Shown here one piece after another: positions 1 to 14,119 of a stretch of DNA of 64,000 nt (its first letter is position 1; each line of letters begins with the position of its first letter). The position numbers were made by a program, and so were the translations under genes. The notes beneath the pieces are model-generated. The model was not told where the DNA came from. It searched no databases and saw only the letters and a list, made by a program, of their open reading frames with translations. Origin of the DNA: the human T2T-CHM13v2.0 reference genome, Homo sapiens; assembly GCF_009914755.1 (NCBI RefSeq), contig NC_060931.1; one strand, 5' to 3'.

Positions 1-1560
1 CAGGGAGCCTTCACCCTTTCAGGACCGAGGCCAAGCTCCCCAGGCTGGCTTTATACATCCTCTAACAGAAGCTGGCCCTATCCCGTTTCCACTTAATTGA
101 CTCTTCCCCATGGGATACTCTCCTTAATTAAAATTCATCTCTACCCCCTAATAAGCGTATGTGTTCCTACCTCCATGACTTTGCACCCTGAAATGCTCTC
201 AGATTCCAGTAAAATCTCCCTTCTCCTCTTTAATCTCCAAGTTTCTATGTTTTGGGGCTCTGAGTCTCTTCTCCCCATAAAGTCTCCCTTTCTGAATTTC
301 CAGCCTCACTGCCCACTGAACATCTAACCAGATACTGCTTTGTGTATTGAGTTTGATGGTATAATTAGATGGTGTATATTTCTGCCACCCACGGCACAGC
401 CTGGTGAATTGCAATCTTTATTCATTGATATTGTGATAGCAGTGAACTTGGGTGTGGGGAAAGTTTAATGAAGGTCAAGCAGAAGATATGTAAAGCTCTA
501 AATACAGAGAGTGATGATTTATTCAGAGAAATAAGAGAATCCATGGGGAATACCAGACTCTAGCTTCCTTGTGGACAAGAAGCATTCCTGTGCCTCTGTG
601 TGCTCTGTGCTCCTTCTCCCTAACTAGATCCCCACCCTTGCCCTAGCTTGGTGCACTGATACCATACGTCGATGCAGACACTAAAGAGATGACTTCCACC
701 TCCTCACAAATATTCAGGTAGAAGACCTTCCCTCGGAACACCCGGTCATCAGAGAGTGTTCCTGATTTCGCTTTTGCAAACAAGAGGTAGTCCAGCTTGG
801 AAGAACATCCAGCGCCTTCCCTGAAATTCATCTGTTCTCCACTTTCCACTCTTGACTGTCATAACAAAGGACAGTTGTAGGTGGTGCCCAGTGACCCAAC
901 TCAGTCAGCTTTATCTATTGGCAATAAGGTAGTATTGACATATCAATATTTCCTTGCCAAGATGCTCATTTGTTCTTAATAAGAATCAATAATGTTCAAT
1001 TAATATAGATTATGTCACTAAGTAGTTAATTTAGAATGTCGTTGCTTTGCAGTTCATATCCTAACCCACCTGATCCTAACAGCATCCACCTAGGAGCCCA
1101 GACCGTTGGGAAGGAGAAGAGCAGAAAACCTAACTGGTCCACCTGGAAGACCTAGAATTTCATTCCAGCAGGAGCGGCCCACCCAGGAAAGGGCCTCCCT
1201 CCCACAGCAGCTGCTGGGAATCACTCTCTTTGATGACATCATTGTCATCTGGGCAGGGAGCAGAACCATTTTGGGGTTTCCCATCCATTCAGTGCTCCCA
1301 CTGAGGTCTTGGAGTATGGCCCAGATGGCTGTAGATGTGCAAACTTACGATCATCCTGGAGCACGGGGCCCTGTGTCATATGGATCCTGCTTGATGTGTA
1401 GATAGTGCATTATTTTCCTACTTGAGCTCTTTCCTTTTCCAGGTACATAGACAGGGTTGCCTTGAGGCTTAGTCACCCTTCGCCCATTCTGTCTTACTAC
1501 TACAGAGGGTGAGAGACTGGACAAAGGGGCCCTCAGTGTAATTTTCACTTCACATATTTT

Positions 1561-1901
<341 letters not shown>

Positions 1902-2853
1902 TTATGCAACTCTGGTTAGATAATGAAGGTCATGATACACCTAGAAGGTTACAGATTTCAACTGGATTAACCATTGTTATACAAACATATGTGCATGTGG
2001 ATATCAGAGGATTCAGAGCCTCTCTCCTCTGTTTTGTAAATTGACCTTCAGTCTCTCATCTTAGGAATGACTCTTGGCCTTGGATGAGGGCCTGACGAGG
2101 GTGGGTTGAGTTGGTAAAACCCGGCTGTGTTAGTTTCCAGTCCATCTGAACCCACAGCCCCTTTTCCTGGCTTTCCCTGCTATAGCCCATGAACACAATC
2201 ACAGTTTCTGTTGATCATCGTTATGGTCCTCCCAAATCCTTCACCTGGGCTATTGGTTTACTAGGGTTTTTTTTTTTTGGTGGATTTGCCCAAATGTGGG
2301 GACACCTGGCAGGAGACAGCAGCTGGGGTTCCTCGAGGCTGCTTGGAGCCCTGGCCCCTGAGTCAAGTCCTCACGTTCCCTTTTATTTCCTTCTCCCCTA
2401 ATTGCAAGTCGTCAGGAGTTTCAAATGCTCACCAACATTTGGAGAAGGCTTGTGGGCTGTTTGCAGGCTATTCAGCCCCAAAGGCTGTACGGAGATAGGT
2501 GTGGGTTATCCTAAGCGTCCCTGCTCCTCATGTTGTCACTCATCCATTTTCAGTAGGCGCTGCTCCTAAAATGCACGTTAATATTGATGCTGTTTCATCC
2601 GGGTTCTTTTCCTTTCTACATTGCCTCACCTGGTTTCCACTATTCCCTAGTAACTAGGTAGGAGTCATTTTTTTAGATGAATAATTGATTTGCTTAAGGG
2701 ACTTTGGGCAAACTTAATTGGTAGCTGAGTTAGAAGTACACATTTTGTTCATTTATTTGCCCGTCCTTTAGATATTCATGAAGAATTTGCATAGAAGCCT
2801 AGCACTGAGTTTATAATAAAAATTAACCTCATGGCATCTATACTCTCAGCCAC

Positions 2854-3155
2854 TTTTTTTTTTTTCTTTTTTTTTGAGATGGAGTCTTGCTCAGTCACCA
2901 AGGCTAGAGTGCAGTGGTGTGATCCTGGCTCACTGCAAGGTCCGCCTCCTGGGTTCAAGTGATTCTCCTGCCTCAGCCTTCTGAGTAGCTGAGATTACAG
3001 GCACACACCACCATGCCCAGCTTTTTTGTGCTTTTAGTAGAGACAGGTTTTCGCCATGTTGGTCAGGCTAGTGTCTAACTCCTGACCTCAAGTGATCCGC
3101 CTGCCTCAGCCTCCCAAAGTGCTGGGATTACAGGCGTGAGCCACCATGCCCTGCT
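2854..3155 (-). mobile_element. Alu (AluS-like), full length
   Basis: Reverse Alu dimer; TSD tctcagccacttt / tctcagctacttt. Confidence 0.96.
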
Positions 3156-3439
3156 TTCTCAGCTACTTTAAAACAAATAACAACAAAAAAATCTCCTGAT
3201 TGTCAGTGCAGAGCCCCGCCCGTAATGCCTGGACTCACAGGCTGCTGGGCTTAGCAGTCTCCTCAACCCCAGCTGCACAATGGAATTACTCGGAGCTTTT
3301 AAGAAAGAAAGAAATAATAATACCAATTCAAAATCAAACACGGAACACATACATCGGTCATCAGTCACATACCATAGATTCTTATTTAATCAGTCCAGGG
3401 TGTAGCTTGGCTTTGGAAGGCTTTTTCTTTCCTGGCTCC

Positions 3440-3677
3440 TTTTTTTTTAAACAATTTTTTATTGATGCATAATCAATGCATATAGTTTTGGGGTACATGT
3501 GATAATTAAGTACATTCATATAATTTGTAAAGAGCAAATCAGAGTACTTAGGATCTTCATTACCTTAAATATTTGTCTTTATGCTAGGAACATTCAAATG
3601 ATTCCCTTCTCGCTATTTTGAAATGCACAGTAGATGAGTGTATGCTGCAGCCACCCTGCTGATCTATCGAACGCTAG
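3440..3677 (-). mobile_element. L1MA-type LINE-1 3' end fragment
   Basis: T-run then ttttggggtacatgtgata...caaatcagagta...ctattttgaaat...ccaccctgctgatctatcgaac, matching the recalled L1MA 3' UTR in antisense. Confidence 0.8.
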
Positions 3678-4369
3678 TGTGCAGCTGAGGGTGAGAACCG
3701 CCGGGTGGAGATTGGAGGAGACCTGAGTCTTTAATAAACACTGAGCCGCTGGGGAAAAGGTTTGAGGGGCATTTGCTAACACAAATGCTAAAGGTCAGTA
3801 CTAAAAACTACTCAGGCCATTCTTAGGCATTTTTGTCTTAGAAAATGTCAAAACAGCTGTGACCTCATGATTTCTGTCTCGTGAGGACTCTGAAGAATGC
3901 CTTAGTGCTCCTGAATTAGGTTGTAAATATTGTACTTTTTTCTCTTGAGTTTTCTTTGGAAGAATAGTGAATGATTAAAAGAAAACCAAAGCAGTACTAT
4001 TATTTTAGAATACGGAAATGCAAGGTAGCAAAGTGTCTAACACCTAGAAAGTTAGCCCCGCCTGGACACCAGCTGTGAAGCTCTGTATTAATTGAACAAA
4101 TGCTGTCCAAGAAAGCAAAACTTCCTAATCTCTTCTGATGGTCCTCAATATAAGATTAGTATAGAATCTTCTTAGAATTGGTTTCCTTTAAAAAAAAAAA
4201 TTGTGGGCTTCTCTTCCCCATCAAAATGACATCCCTTTGAGATTAATGCAGGAAGCAGAGGGCACGGTGGAACTTGTCTCGCTGAATATTCTGACGTGGT
4301 CAAGTTTCCTAATCAACAGCAGAGATACAAACTTGCATTATAGTTGTGGGTGGTGGGGAAAGGATTGCC

Positions 4370-4676
<307 letters not shown>

Positions 4677-5089
4677 AGGATTGTCCTGTAAAAGTGAATT
4701 TTTCTAGGCAATTGAAGATTGTTAAAAGTGGGTTAAGGCTTATGCCTACCTAAAACATTCATTCCAATTAGGGCCTCATCCACATTTAAATTCCAGATTC
4801 TGAAAACCCTTCACTCCTAAATAAGAAAGTATTGGGGCAGCAGGTCCCACGCCGGACTGTGGAGGTTGGCTACGTGCAGTGAATGAGTCATTTCTGTACC
4901 CTCTAGTGTATGTGTAAGGTACAGCTGCAGATAGATCCATAGGAAACAGGGACTCCAAGAATAGCAGTTAGTAAATCCGTGATCCGTGTGTCATGGTTCT
5001 ATTGAAAGGAAAGTGTAACCACATCAGTGGGTCTGCATACCATTGAAAAGAGTTTCTCAATCAAAAACCTAAACACATGTCCTGAAACC

Positions 5090-5390
5090 ATCACTTAAGC
5101 ACTCTGAGATCTTGATCCAATTACCTAAACTTCCTAGATCTGTTTTTTAATTTTTTTTGTTAAATCATTGCAATAATTCTTGTATCACAGAGTTACTCCA
5201 GAGATTAAATAAGGCAGCGCATCTCAAACACTTACCAGTTTTTGTTAAATTAGGACCTTTTTCACCCACTACAGTTAGTAGTACCTAAAAGTGGAGCTAC
5301 GACTAGTTTTCTTGGAGTGAGTTTTGGGAATTTAAATAAGTAAATCGTGTGATGGAGTTTGGAAGTGATAAAGCACTATATAAAATGCTC
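5090..5390 (+). mobile_element. MIR fragments (probably two adjacent)
   Basis: Degenerate MIR core and tail motifs (cacagagttactccagagattaaataag; aaagcactatataaaatg). Confidence 0.5.
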
Positions 5391-5600
5391 ATGCATTTCC
5401 CCATTTCCCAAATGTCCATGGCATGAGTCGTGCATTCCAGATGCCTGGTGTGTTCTGGGAATGCAAGGCTGGCCATGCGCTGGGTCTCTCCTCATAGGGT
5501 TTACAGTCAGTTAACAGCAATGCACACAAAAGGATGTATTGAAATAGATCCATTGGAGGAGTAAAAATACGGTGACAATAAGGGGACAGAGAAGAAAACA
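5390..5600 (-). mobile_element. L2 3' fragment
   Basis: cctggtgtgttctgggaatgca...tcctcatagggtttacagtc resembles the antisense L2 tail. Confidence 0.45.
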
Positions 5601-6234
5601 GACAACCATGGCCAGCTCCTACCGGAACAGTGGTAAGGATGCCGAACACATTCATACATTTCTGTGAAAATGCAAGCCCTTCCATTTCATTTTGGTTAGT
5701 AATAATCATATATTTTGGCCAGGCTTCCCTCCCCCAATTTCCTACGGCTCTGCACTTGACATTCACCAAAACCCTGTTAGTTTCCCCCAAACCGGACGTG
5801 ATTCCACTCCTCCATCCTTCTGCCCCTTTCCGAGCAGCTTCCTTCAGGGCTCACCCACACCTGGAATTCAGCACCAGCTATTACATCTGCATGTCGGCTC
5901 CTGTGAACCCGTCATCCCCTCCTACTACAGGCCGGGGCCACTGGGCCCTGTTAGTTCAGGGCCCCTCCATTCCCCAGAATCTTCTTCCACTCACAACAGG
6001 GCAAGGGTTTTTAACATGCCTCCTTCCTTCCATGCCTTGAGCTTCTTGCAGGCAAATAACAAAGGCATTTTGTCTGAGTCCCCAGAGCTAAGCACAGAAC
6101 CTGGACTATATTAGGCCTTTAATTTTTTTCCAAATGTCAGCTAACAGGCACAGGCATGCATACATACACACGAAGCATTTTATTTTTTTACCTGATGGGG
6201 ACACAGGCCAGGGTTTGACTTAGGAGTACATAAT

Positions 6235-6450
6235 AAGGATTGACAATCAGGACATTAAAGCAGATAACTTTGGGTTCAAGTTCTGATTTTGCCGCTTACT
6301 AGGTGGTGACCTTGAATAAATTACTTAAATTAAGATTTTCCCACTCACTTGAAAATGGGGATAATAAAAATCATAACAATACATTTTGGAGAGTATTAAA
6401 TACGGAAATGAGCTAAAGTTAGCTCATGCCCGGCATATAATGTTTGCAGC
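6235..6450 (+). mobile_element. MIR
   Basis: tgggttcaagttctga...cttactaggtggtgaccttgaataaattacttaa...aaaatggggataataa. Confidence 0.8.
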
Positions 6451-6989
6451 TAGCATTTAGAGTGCATGGGGCTGCTGATGTGTTGATGCCTGAAGTTGCG
6501 CAAATACAGGTGGGTAGTGGAATACGGAAACAATGATCCCATAAACCAGGCCCAAAGCCCCATCACTGAAGGAATGCTTACCTTAGCCTGAATTTTCCAG
6601 TATCCTCTACATGCCACAGGCAGAGCCACCACCCAGAGTTGAAGCCATCTGAAGGTGACATGCTGCAGCCTTGTCCTCGCAGGTCATTCTTCAGCCTCCT
6701 GACCTCTGCTCAGAAGCCTGTCTGTGCTTACGGACTGGGCTCTGCACAGCTGTCACATCCTATCACTGCCCCTCCAGGTTTGCAGTCAAAGACCACAGCA
6801 GAGATGAGGCATAATGAAGGACAGACACACCCAACTGAGCACCAAGCAAGCGACATATCCTAATACATATGTGCGATGTGTGCATGTAAGGGCAGGAGAG
6901 CAGGAGAGAATTGGAGGAAATAGCTGCAACCAAAAGTGAAGAAATAATAAGACACCTGGAAAGAGGCCTCTCTCTTCTGATCTGTGAGG

Positions 6990-7222
6990 CCGTAGTGCAG
7001 TGGAAGCGCCTGATCTAGAGAGAGGCAGGCGGATATTTGTCCAAACTGCAGCTCACACCTGTAACCCCGTTTCCCTCCTCAAGTCGTCTACATTTACTTT
7101 GCCTCAGTTTCTTATAAGAAGATAGAGGCAGTAACATCTATTTTTGTGTGTTTTTGTGAAAATGACATATTATAGAGAAAGAGTCTGTTAAAAATAGAAG
7201 TGCTTAATAAATAGTTGCTATT
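6990..7222 (+). mobile_element. MIR
   Basis: gcctcagtttct core and gtgcttaataaatagttgctatt tail. Confidence 0.6.
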
Positions 7223-8391
7223 GTAAGTGGATGTCAGAGGAGCTGTTACAATATATCCCAGAAAGTGAGCCCTGGGAAGGCGCCGATTTTCCATAGCAAT
7301 CCTGTTTCTGCTTTACAGTTGCTTCCTCTTACGTGCATTTACCTGCCTGGTCATCCTGCAGGGCAGTGCCACCTGCGCAGTGGTGTGTTGCATCCAGGAA
7401 CAATGTCCACATGATCAGTGTCAGGCACAGAGTGGCATGGGCATCCTCACCATTCTGTCTCCAGTCCCATCCGTGGACAAAATGCCCCCTGGAAAGTTGA
7501 ACAGAGATTGCTTCAAATGGGCCAAATATGCATTAGTGAGGAACTAAACTGCTTTGACAGCTCCTGTGTCTCCTGGATGGGAAGTGGGGAGGGAGTCATG
7601 GAGTTTTAATCTCATCCTCTTTGTGGCACTGGGCACGCCACTCAAGATCCCTGCTTATTTCCAGCTTATAGCATAGAATGAGAAGCCATTCACCCTTGTG
7701 TAGAGTGATGCTGGGAAGAATTAATTATTCAATGACTTAAGGGTGCTTCTGATATCAAAAGAGCCCATTATCATCATCGGCCTCCTCTCCCCAGTGTGAA
7801 CACACGGCAAACCTGAGACTCATTGGAAGGGACGCTGCTCAGACCTGCGAGCCCCATTTCCATGGGTAGGTGAAATGTCTCATGGCTGCCGACACCCTTG
7901 CGGCAGGTCCTGGGCGTGGTTAAGTAGGGGGAAAGTGTATTTCTTTTCTGTGGCAAGATTTATTCTGTAGGAGAGCTCATACTTTGGAAGCAGCAATAAC
8001 CTAGGACTGCTCTTAACTAGCTTGATGACCTTGTGTGTGTGTGTGTCTGTACGTGTGTGAGTATGTGTACCTGCATGTGTTTATACCGTATATATGGATA
8101 TATGTGTACTCCGGAACTCATAATATATACAGTTATAACCATTGTTCAATCATAAGCTGAATATGCATGAGTCACTCTTTCCTGCACTGAACTCCATTTT
8201 GTCTGTCACAGGCGTTAGATGACAGCTTAGATCATAGCCTGCTCCAATCTTTACATTTTAATAAGCACCTTTTTTCAATGCCACTCTGATACACCCTCTG
8301 GTCCTTCATTAGTCATTGCTGATATTATTTCTCTCTAAGTGCTTCTTCCTCCATTTTAAAGAACAACTTCGATGTGGTTTTTTTTTTCTGT

Positions 8392-8737
8392 TTTTTAAAT
8401 TAAACTTTGTATTTTGAGATAATTGCAGATTCACATGCACTTACAGGAAATAATACAGAGAGAGCCCTTGTACCCTTTCCCCAGTTTCCTCCAGTGGTAA
8501 CACCCAGGACATTGACATGGATGTAGTCATGATACAGGACATTTCTGTCCTCACAGGACCCCTCCTGTTGTCTTTATGACCACTCCCTCCAAGCCCTACC
8601 CATCCAGAACCCTGACAACCACTGATCCATTCTCATTTCTATAATCTTGTCATTTCATGTAGTTAAATAAATGGAGCCATACGTGTGTGACCTTTTGGGA
8701 TTGGCTTTTTTCCTCTTGGCATATTTCTCTGGGGATC
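8392..8737 (-). mobile_element. L1MC-type LINE-1 3' end
   Basis: ttttgagataattgcagattcacatgca...aaataatacagagaga...gacattgacat...accactgatccattctc...gaccttttgggattggctttttt. Confidence 0.85.
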
Positions 8738-8779
8738 ATGTATATACACTGATATGGTTTCAATCTTGGAGGAATCCTG

Positions 8780-8950
8780 ATTCTGAAATCCTAGAGTCCA
8801 AATCTGATGATTTCAGGGCTGAACAGTTCCCTTCTTTGAGTGATGAGGACCTGAAGGCTGAGAGACCTGAGGTGTCATGCCCAGGGATCACCCATGGCAC
8901 AGCCTGAGCTCACAGCAGAGATCCGGCCTCCAGGCCCGGAGCACTCCTCC
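8780..8950 (-). mobile_element. MIR
   Basis: gatgaggacctgaaggctgagaga...gtcatgcccagggatcac. Confidence 0.55.
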
Positions 8951-9957
8951 GCCATGAGGTCTTTTACAGCTCAGACTGGGCAAAGCTCTTTTTAATTCCA
9001 CCAAACCTAGAATTGTTAAAAAAAAAAAAAAATTAATTAATTAATTAACTAAAAACGCTCAAGATGCCCTCTTACTGCCAGCCACAAAGGGGATTCTCAG
9101 CCATCCCAGCCTTTGTGGGCACTGGAGCAGCCGTGGCCTCTCTTGGTCCTGCCTGTGTGTGCAGGAGCAGGCACAAGTGGGCTCAGGCTGATGCCCCCAG
9201 ACCACCCTCGGCCTCTGACCCTTGCCTGAGGCTGGCCTCCACACCATGATGCCATCCAAGGAAAGGCATCTCCTTAATGCCTCTGAGAGTTCCATTTGTA
9301 AACATTTTTGAATGAAGGTCTCTAAAGAAGCAGCCAAAGGGCAGGATGTCCCACAACACAAAATAAGACATCCTCCTTATGCTGTCTCTGACCAAAGTCC
9401 TCATGCTCACACAGCTGGCCCTTCCCTCTCTTCTCTTCTTCTCTTCCTTCCCCTCAAAGAATATCCCAGCCTCTATCAACCAGCACCGTGGCTCTCATCA
9501 AGATCTTTGCCGGTCCTCGGCCCTTGTTCTCCGAACCTCTGTGCTCTCTTACATAAATTAGCAACCTCCTCTGGCATCTCTAAGCCTGTGCACCACCCAT
9601 TCCCCTTGTCCCATAGCACAGGCAGCACAGAGGCATGGCATGCCAGAGAAAGCAAAGAAGGGAGAAGCCTTAAATTCCTGTCCTTGAATATGCTCTTGCC
9701 CCAGACATATTGCTCATCGGGGGTCATAACAGCTCGCAAAGCAACCTTTTCACGTACCTGAGAAACTCTCCCAACGTGTCCAAGCCCGTATAGCTGAGTC
9801 ACTTGACCTTTCTTCACTATGACCTCACCTACCTGGGCCCTCACCAATCCATCCAGATAATTGTAAGATTGTATAAAGTTGACCGCTTTCTCAATGCATT
9901 CTCTTTTCTCATCAAGATATCAGAAATCTTTGACATGCCCTAGAAAAAAATGCATGT

Positions 9958-10115
9958 GATACGGGGTTTTACTGTAGAGCGATGGAAATGTTTTGGAACT
10001 GGATGGAAGTGGTGGCTGCACAATGCTGGGAATGTACTAAATAGATGACATGGAATTGTTCACTTTGAAATGGTTAATGCTGTGTGATGTGAATTTCACC
10101 TGCATACATTATTTT
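9958..10115 (+). mobile_element. L1MB-type 3' terminal fragment
   Basis: gatggaaatgttttggaactggat...gtggtggctgcacaa...gaatgtactaaa...aattgttcactttgaaatggttaa...gtgaatttcacct. Confidence 0.8.
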
Positions 10116-11051
10116 TAAATGCGTATGGGGTCACTTCCAAGGTGAAGTGCCCAGTCTTCTTTCAGACATGAGGTGTAGCTAGAGCATTCATGAAGGTATG
10201 CAAGGAAGGGCTGAGATGAGCAGCAAGGGGTGGAAAGGAAAGGGTACCGAAGTGCTGCTGTGCTCCACGCTGGCCCCTTACATAGCTGGAGACACAAAAG
10301 TGGGGCCTTTGCGTATCCAGATTCGAAGAATTTGATGAGGGCATTATCAAGATGAAAATGTGGAATATTGTTGTTGGCAAAGCCACATTAACACACCCAC
10401 ATAGCACACATATAAAAGTTCTAATGACTGTCTGGTGCTTTAAAATCCAGGGCTTAATACAAGCAACTCAAGTTAACCAATTTAACTGTGAAAACCCAAT
10501 CATAGGCATTTCCTGACATTTTGAATTTGCAATTGTAATGCCGTTGGTGTCCATGTAGTAAAAAAGTGCAATATTTGGAGGATGCGTATTTTACTTTTAG
10601 ATTTTATATATTTATCAATTGGCATGATCTTAAAAAAAATCTAGCATTAACACCAAACATATACAAGTGTTGTATTTAATGTCTGTGCACCTAAATCAGA
10701 CCAGTCAGACCACTTCACCTGTTGGGCTCTCCAAAGCTTTTCAGAAACACAGCTTATCATTCACGGACACCTCTGAAGACCAGAGGCATTGTCTGCTGAG
10801 GCTGCATAGTTGCTTAGGGCCTGAAAACTTTGTATGGTAGTTTGTAATTTGCAATGAATCAGTTACAGCCAGAATTAAGATGATTTTCACTCTAACTACA
10901 AAACAAGTTTGACTGTAAACAAACCTAGAGCAATATACAGAGTATATCTGGAAGAGATCTTCCAATACATACTATCTTTTTATAAATGAAGAAGCAGAAC
11001 CCAGAGAATCTTTTTTTGGAAAGGGAATTTGAAGAAGAAATAATTTTTTTA

Positions 11052-11216
<165 letters not shown>

Positions 11217-12694
11217 TTTAAGAATATGTGTATTCCCGTTTTTTACATGTAATTGGGTATTTCTAATTACATATCACTTGTTTTTTATTCCTGTGATATG
11301 ATAAAGAAAACAGGCATTGGTTACTGGTTCCTTGTTATTTAATAAAAGAAAGAAAAATAAACAACCTCTATAAGTGTTAACTAACTTGGCAAAGCAAGCC
11401 TTGATTTCCGGCAGTCACTTAGGGAAGAAAGAGGCCCTGGAACTCTGGACCCCATAATATCAAAAACTTTCACTACTGGAATGCCTCATAGCATTTACAG
11501 AGATCCAGAAATGGAGGCTGCAAAAATTATGACTAGGTAAGAGTTGGCTAGAGACAAGGAAGCATTTCCTTGGCCAAAAATAGAGCTGAACTCTCCTTGC
11601 TGTTGCCAGCATTACACCACATACATTTCCACCAGTTATTTGAAGACCCCTTCACAACCAAAGACAGCCAGGGCTTCGCAAGGCCCAGACACCCCGCTGA
11701 CTCATCCCATCTGCAGCGTGCAAAGTGCTATTTGTCACTGCCTAGTTATATTCCACTCTGCCCAACAGAATAAATATTAAGTAAGCGCTATGTACTTACA
11801 TAATTTGCAGAATTGATCGGCTGACTTAAAAGCTTGAATCCCCAACAAAAGAAAATGGAGTGCTTTGTGCAAATGTTAAATGCACAGTTTAATTGGCAAT
11901 TGTGTGTTGGAAAGCTATTGTAAAAGGATCACAGTTTTGAGGTGATGCTCCAGATAGCACAGTCAGGGAAATAAGTTTTCATCTTTGGCATTAAAAAATC
12001 AGGTCTTGGAATTGAAGTAAAAAAAAAAAAATAGGGCAGCCTCAGTCTGGATCTCTGTCTCATCAGAATATAACTTTCTTCCTCCTACACTCTGCCTCCT
12101 AAATCAGAATTTAGAACATATTAAATATGTAGGCTTTAAAGATTCTTTCCTTGCCTAAATAATTTATACACGTCTACTAAACTGTTAAATATCAAAGAAA
12201 CACATGCACATGGACACACACACTCAGAGCATTTTACAACAGTGATTTCCACCTCCCAAAAATTTAAGAACGTGCTCAGCAGGAAGTTAGAGTTGTCAGG
12301 TCCCCTCCAGTGGAAACTTAAAGAAATGTGTTGTATTTTGTTTCAATGAGGATCTGGATGGAGAGTTCGCCATCTTGATTCACGTAACAAAAATAGGTGA
12401 GAGATACATGTGATCCCCGAGGAGAACTATTAGACTTCCCTTAGATGCAAAGGTTGTCTCAGTCGTGAAAAAAACGTGTGTCATTTCAGCCTATTCAGTG
12501 CATTCTGCAGCACCTGCTAGAATATTTATCCTCCTTCTCTTTCCACTTAAGTCCTACATTTACATAAAGGCTACTGGAGGGTTCCATGTTGAAGCAGGTT
12601 TTATTTGCAAAACTCAGCCTCCATGGATGTGTCTTTCTGCAGCATTCCTTTGTGCCTCTCATTATCACCTAAGGGTTTATAAAATGGGCAGTGG

Positions 12695-12767
12695 TAACTC
12701 TAGTTTTAAATCTAGTTAACTCTAGAGATTAAAATCCAGTAACTCTAGATTAAAATCTAGTAACTCT
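12695..12767. repeat. Short tandem repeat, ~21-23 bp unit, ~3.3 copies
   Basis: TAACTCT recurs at 12695, 12717, 12740 and 12761. Confidence 0.85.
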
Positions 12768-13589
12768 CAGCTATTGTGAACAAGTTGAAGTTAAAAAAAA
12801 AAAACAAAAAACCTTTCTTCAGCTGCGACTGAAAAAGATCCAGTGATACCAAGCGTACCTAGTTTCCATCCTCATAAAATAATCTCTTAAGTGTAAAGAA
12901 GCCCAGTGCAAACCACCATGAATTATCATCATCGTTTCCTACAGTGAGTTCGGAAATTGCTTTTTGCTTCTGGATACTGTGAAAAGCCAGGTCAGGAATC
13001 CACAATGGGCATCAGTCATCATTGTGTTGCTAATACTTGCCATCGGTTCAAGAATAGGAATATTAAGATTGCATTTCTTCATTCTTCCTTGCCAAAGGGA
13101 GGAACAAGACAGTCAAAGGGCATGGACCCCTGGCCCTTGATTGAAAACACTAACAGATATGCATGCAGTTAGACCCCAGTGTTCATGTGTCCAAGGCAAT
13201 AGGACTTCCAGGAGAGACATCCAAGTGAGGAAGCTGCAAGTGCTGCCTGGAAACACCTCTATCTTCAAACTCCACCCTCTCTGGCTTGGTTGGGAAAACC
13301 TCATTACTCTCAATTTTCTACCAAATGATGGTGAAGAGGAGTCATTTGTTGGAAGAAAGGGATTCATTACAGGGAAACAGGTCTTGAAAAGGATCAATAC
13401 CATGGCTGCCTCCTTGTCCAGCCAAGGGGAACCTGTGTGGCTCTCCCAAGCCTGCTCTCCTTCAGGCCCTCAGAAGTTCATGCTGTCATTAGGACAGTCC
13501 TGCAGTCAATGGCAGGGGGCGTGATGTCCCGAGGTGTGTGAGGTCTTCCCTGAGCAAACCTGTCCTTTCCAGTGACCTGCCACGGTGCC

Positions 13590-13830
13590 CAAAATTCTCT
13601 CATCCAACACTGTGTTAGTGAGTTGCTTGAACTCTGGGGCCAGGCTGCAGAATTGAGTGCCAGCTTTTCTTCTTACTAACTGGATAACTTCTGGCAAAAT
13701 TTAAAATAGCAGTAATTGCAGTATCTACCTGATAATGGTGTTGGAAGGATTCTATGATTAATACCTAGGAAAAACTTGTGAGTGTCTGGTGCATTCTACT
13801 ATGCAATAACATTAGTTATTTTTATTATTT
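13590..13830 (+). mobile_element. MIR
   Basis: cttactaactggataact...atctacctgataatggtgttggaaggatt...cattagttattttt. Confidence 0.6.
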
Positions 13831-14119
13831 AACCTCAGTGTGTTGTCTGGCAAATAGAAGACACAGTCAGCAAAACACAGAAATTCGTTAATGAAGTGAC
13901 CGCCAGGCACCTGGACGAGCCCTGAGGGTATAGGCAAAGACATGCTGGTAGAGGAAGGGGTAAGAGAGACCTGAAAATTGAGGTCTGTCCAGGGAGGCCG
14001 GGCTGGAGACACCCTGAGTTCCTAGAAAGAGCAAGTTATCTATGAGGGAGAAGAGAACCATTATAGTGGTAATTGTGCAAAAAGGAAAAAAAAAGACAAA
14101 AGAAAAAGGCAGCCGTAAT

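Noticed and set aside
643-849. ORF containing GKVFYL, reminiscent of the DBF4/BRCT N-motif
   Set aside because: Only a ~6-residue resemblance; the flanking residues do not follow the family pattern
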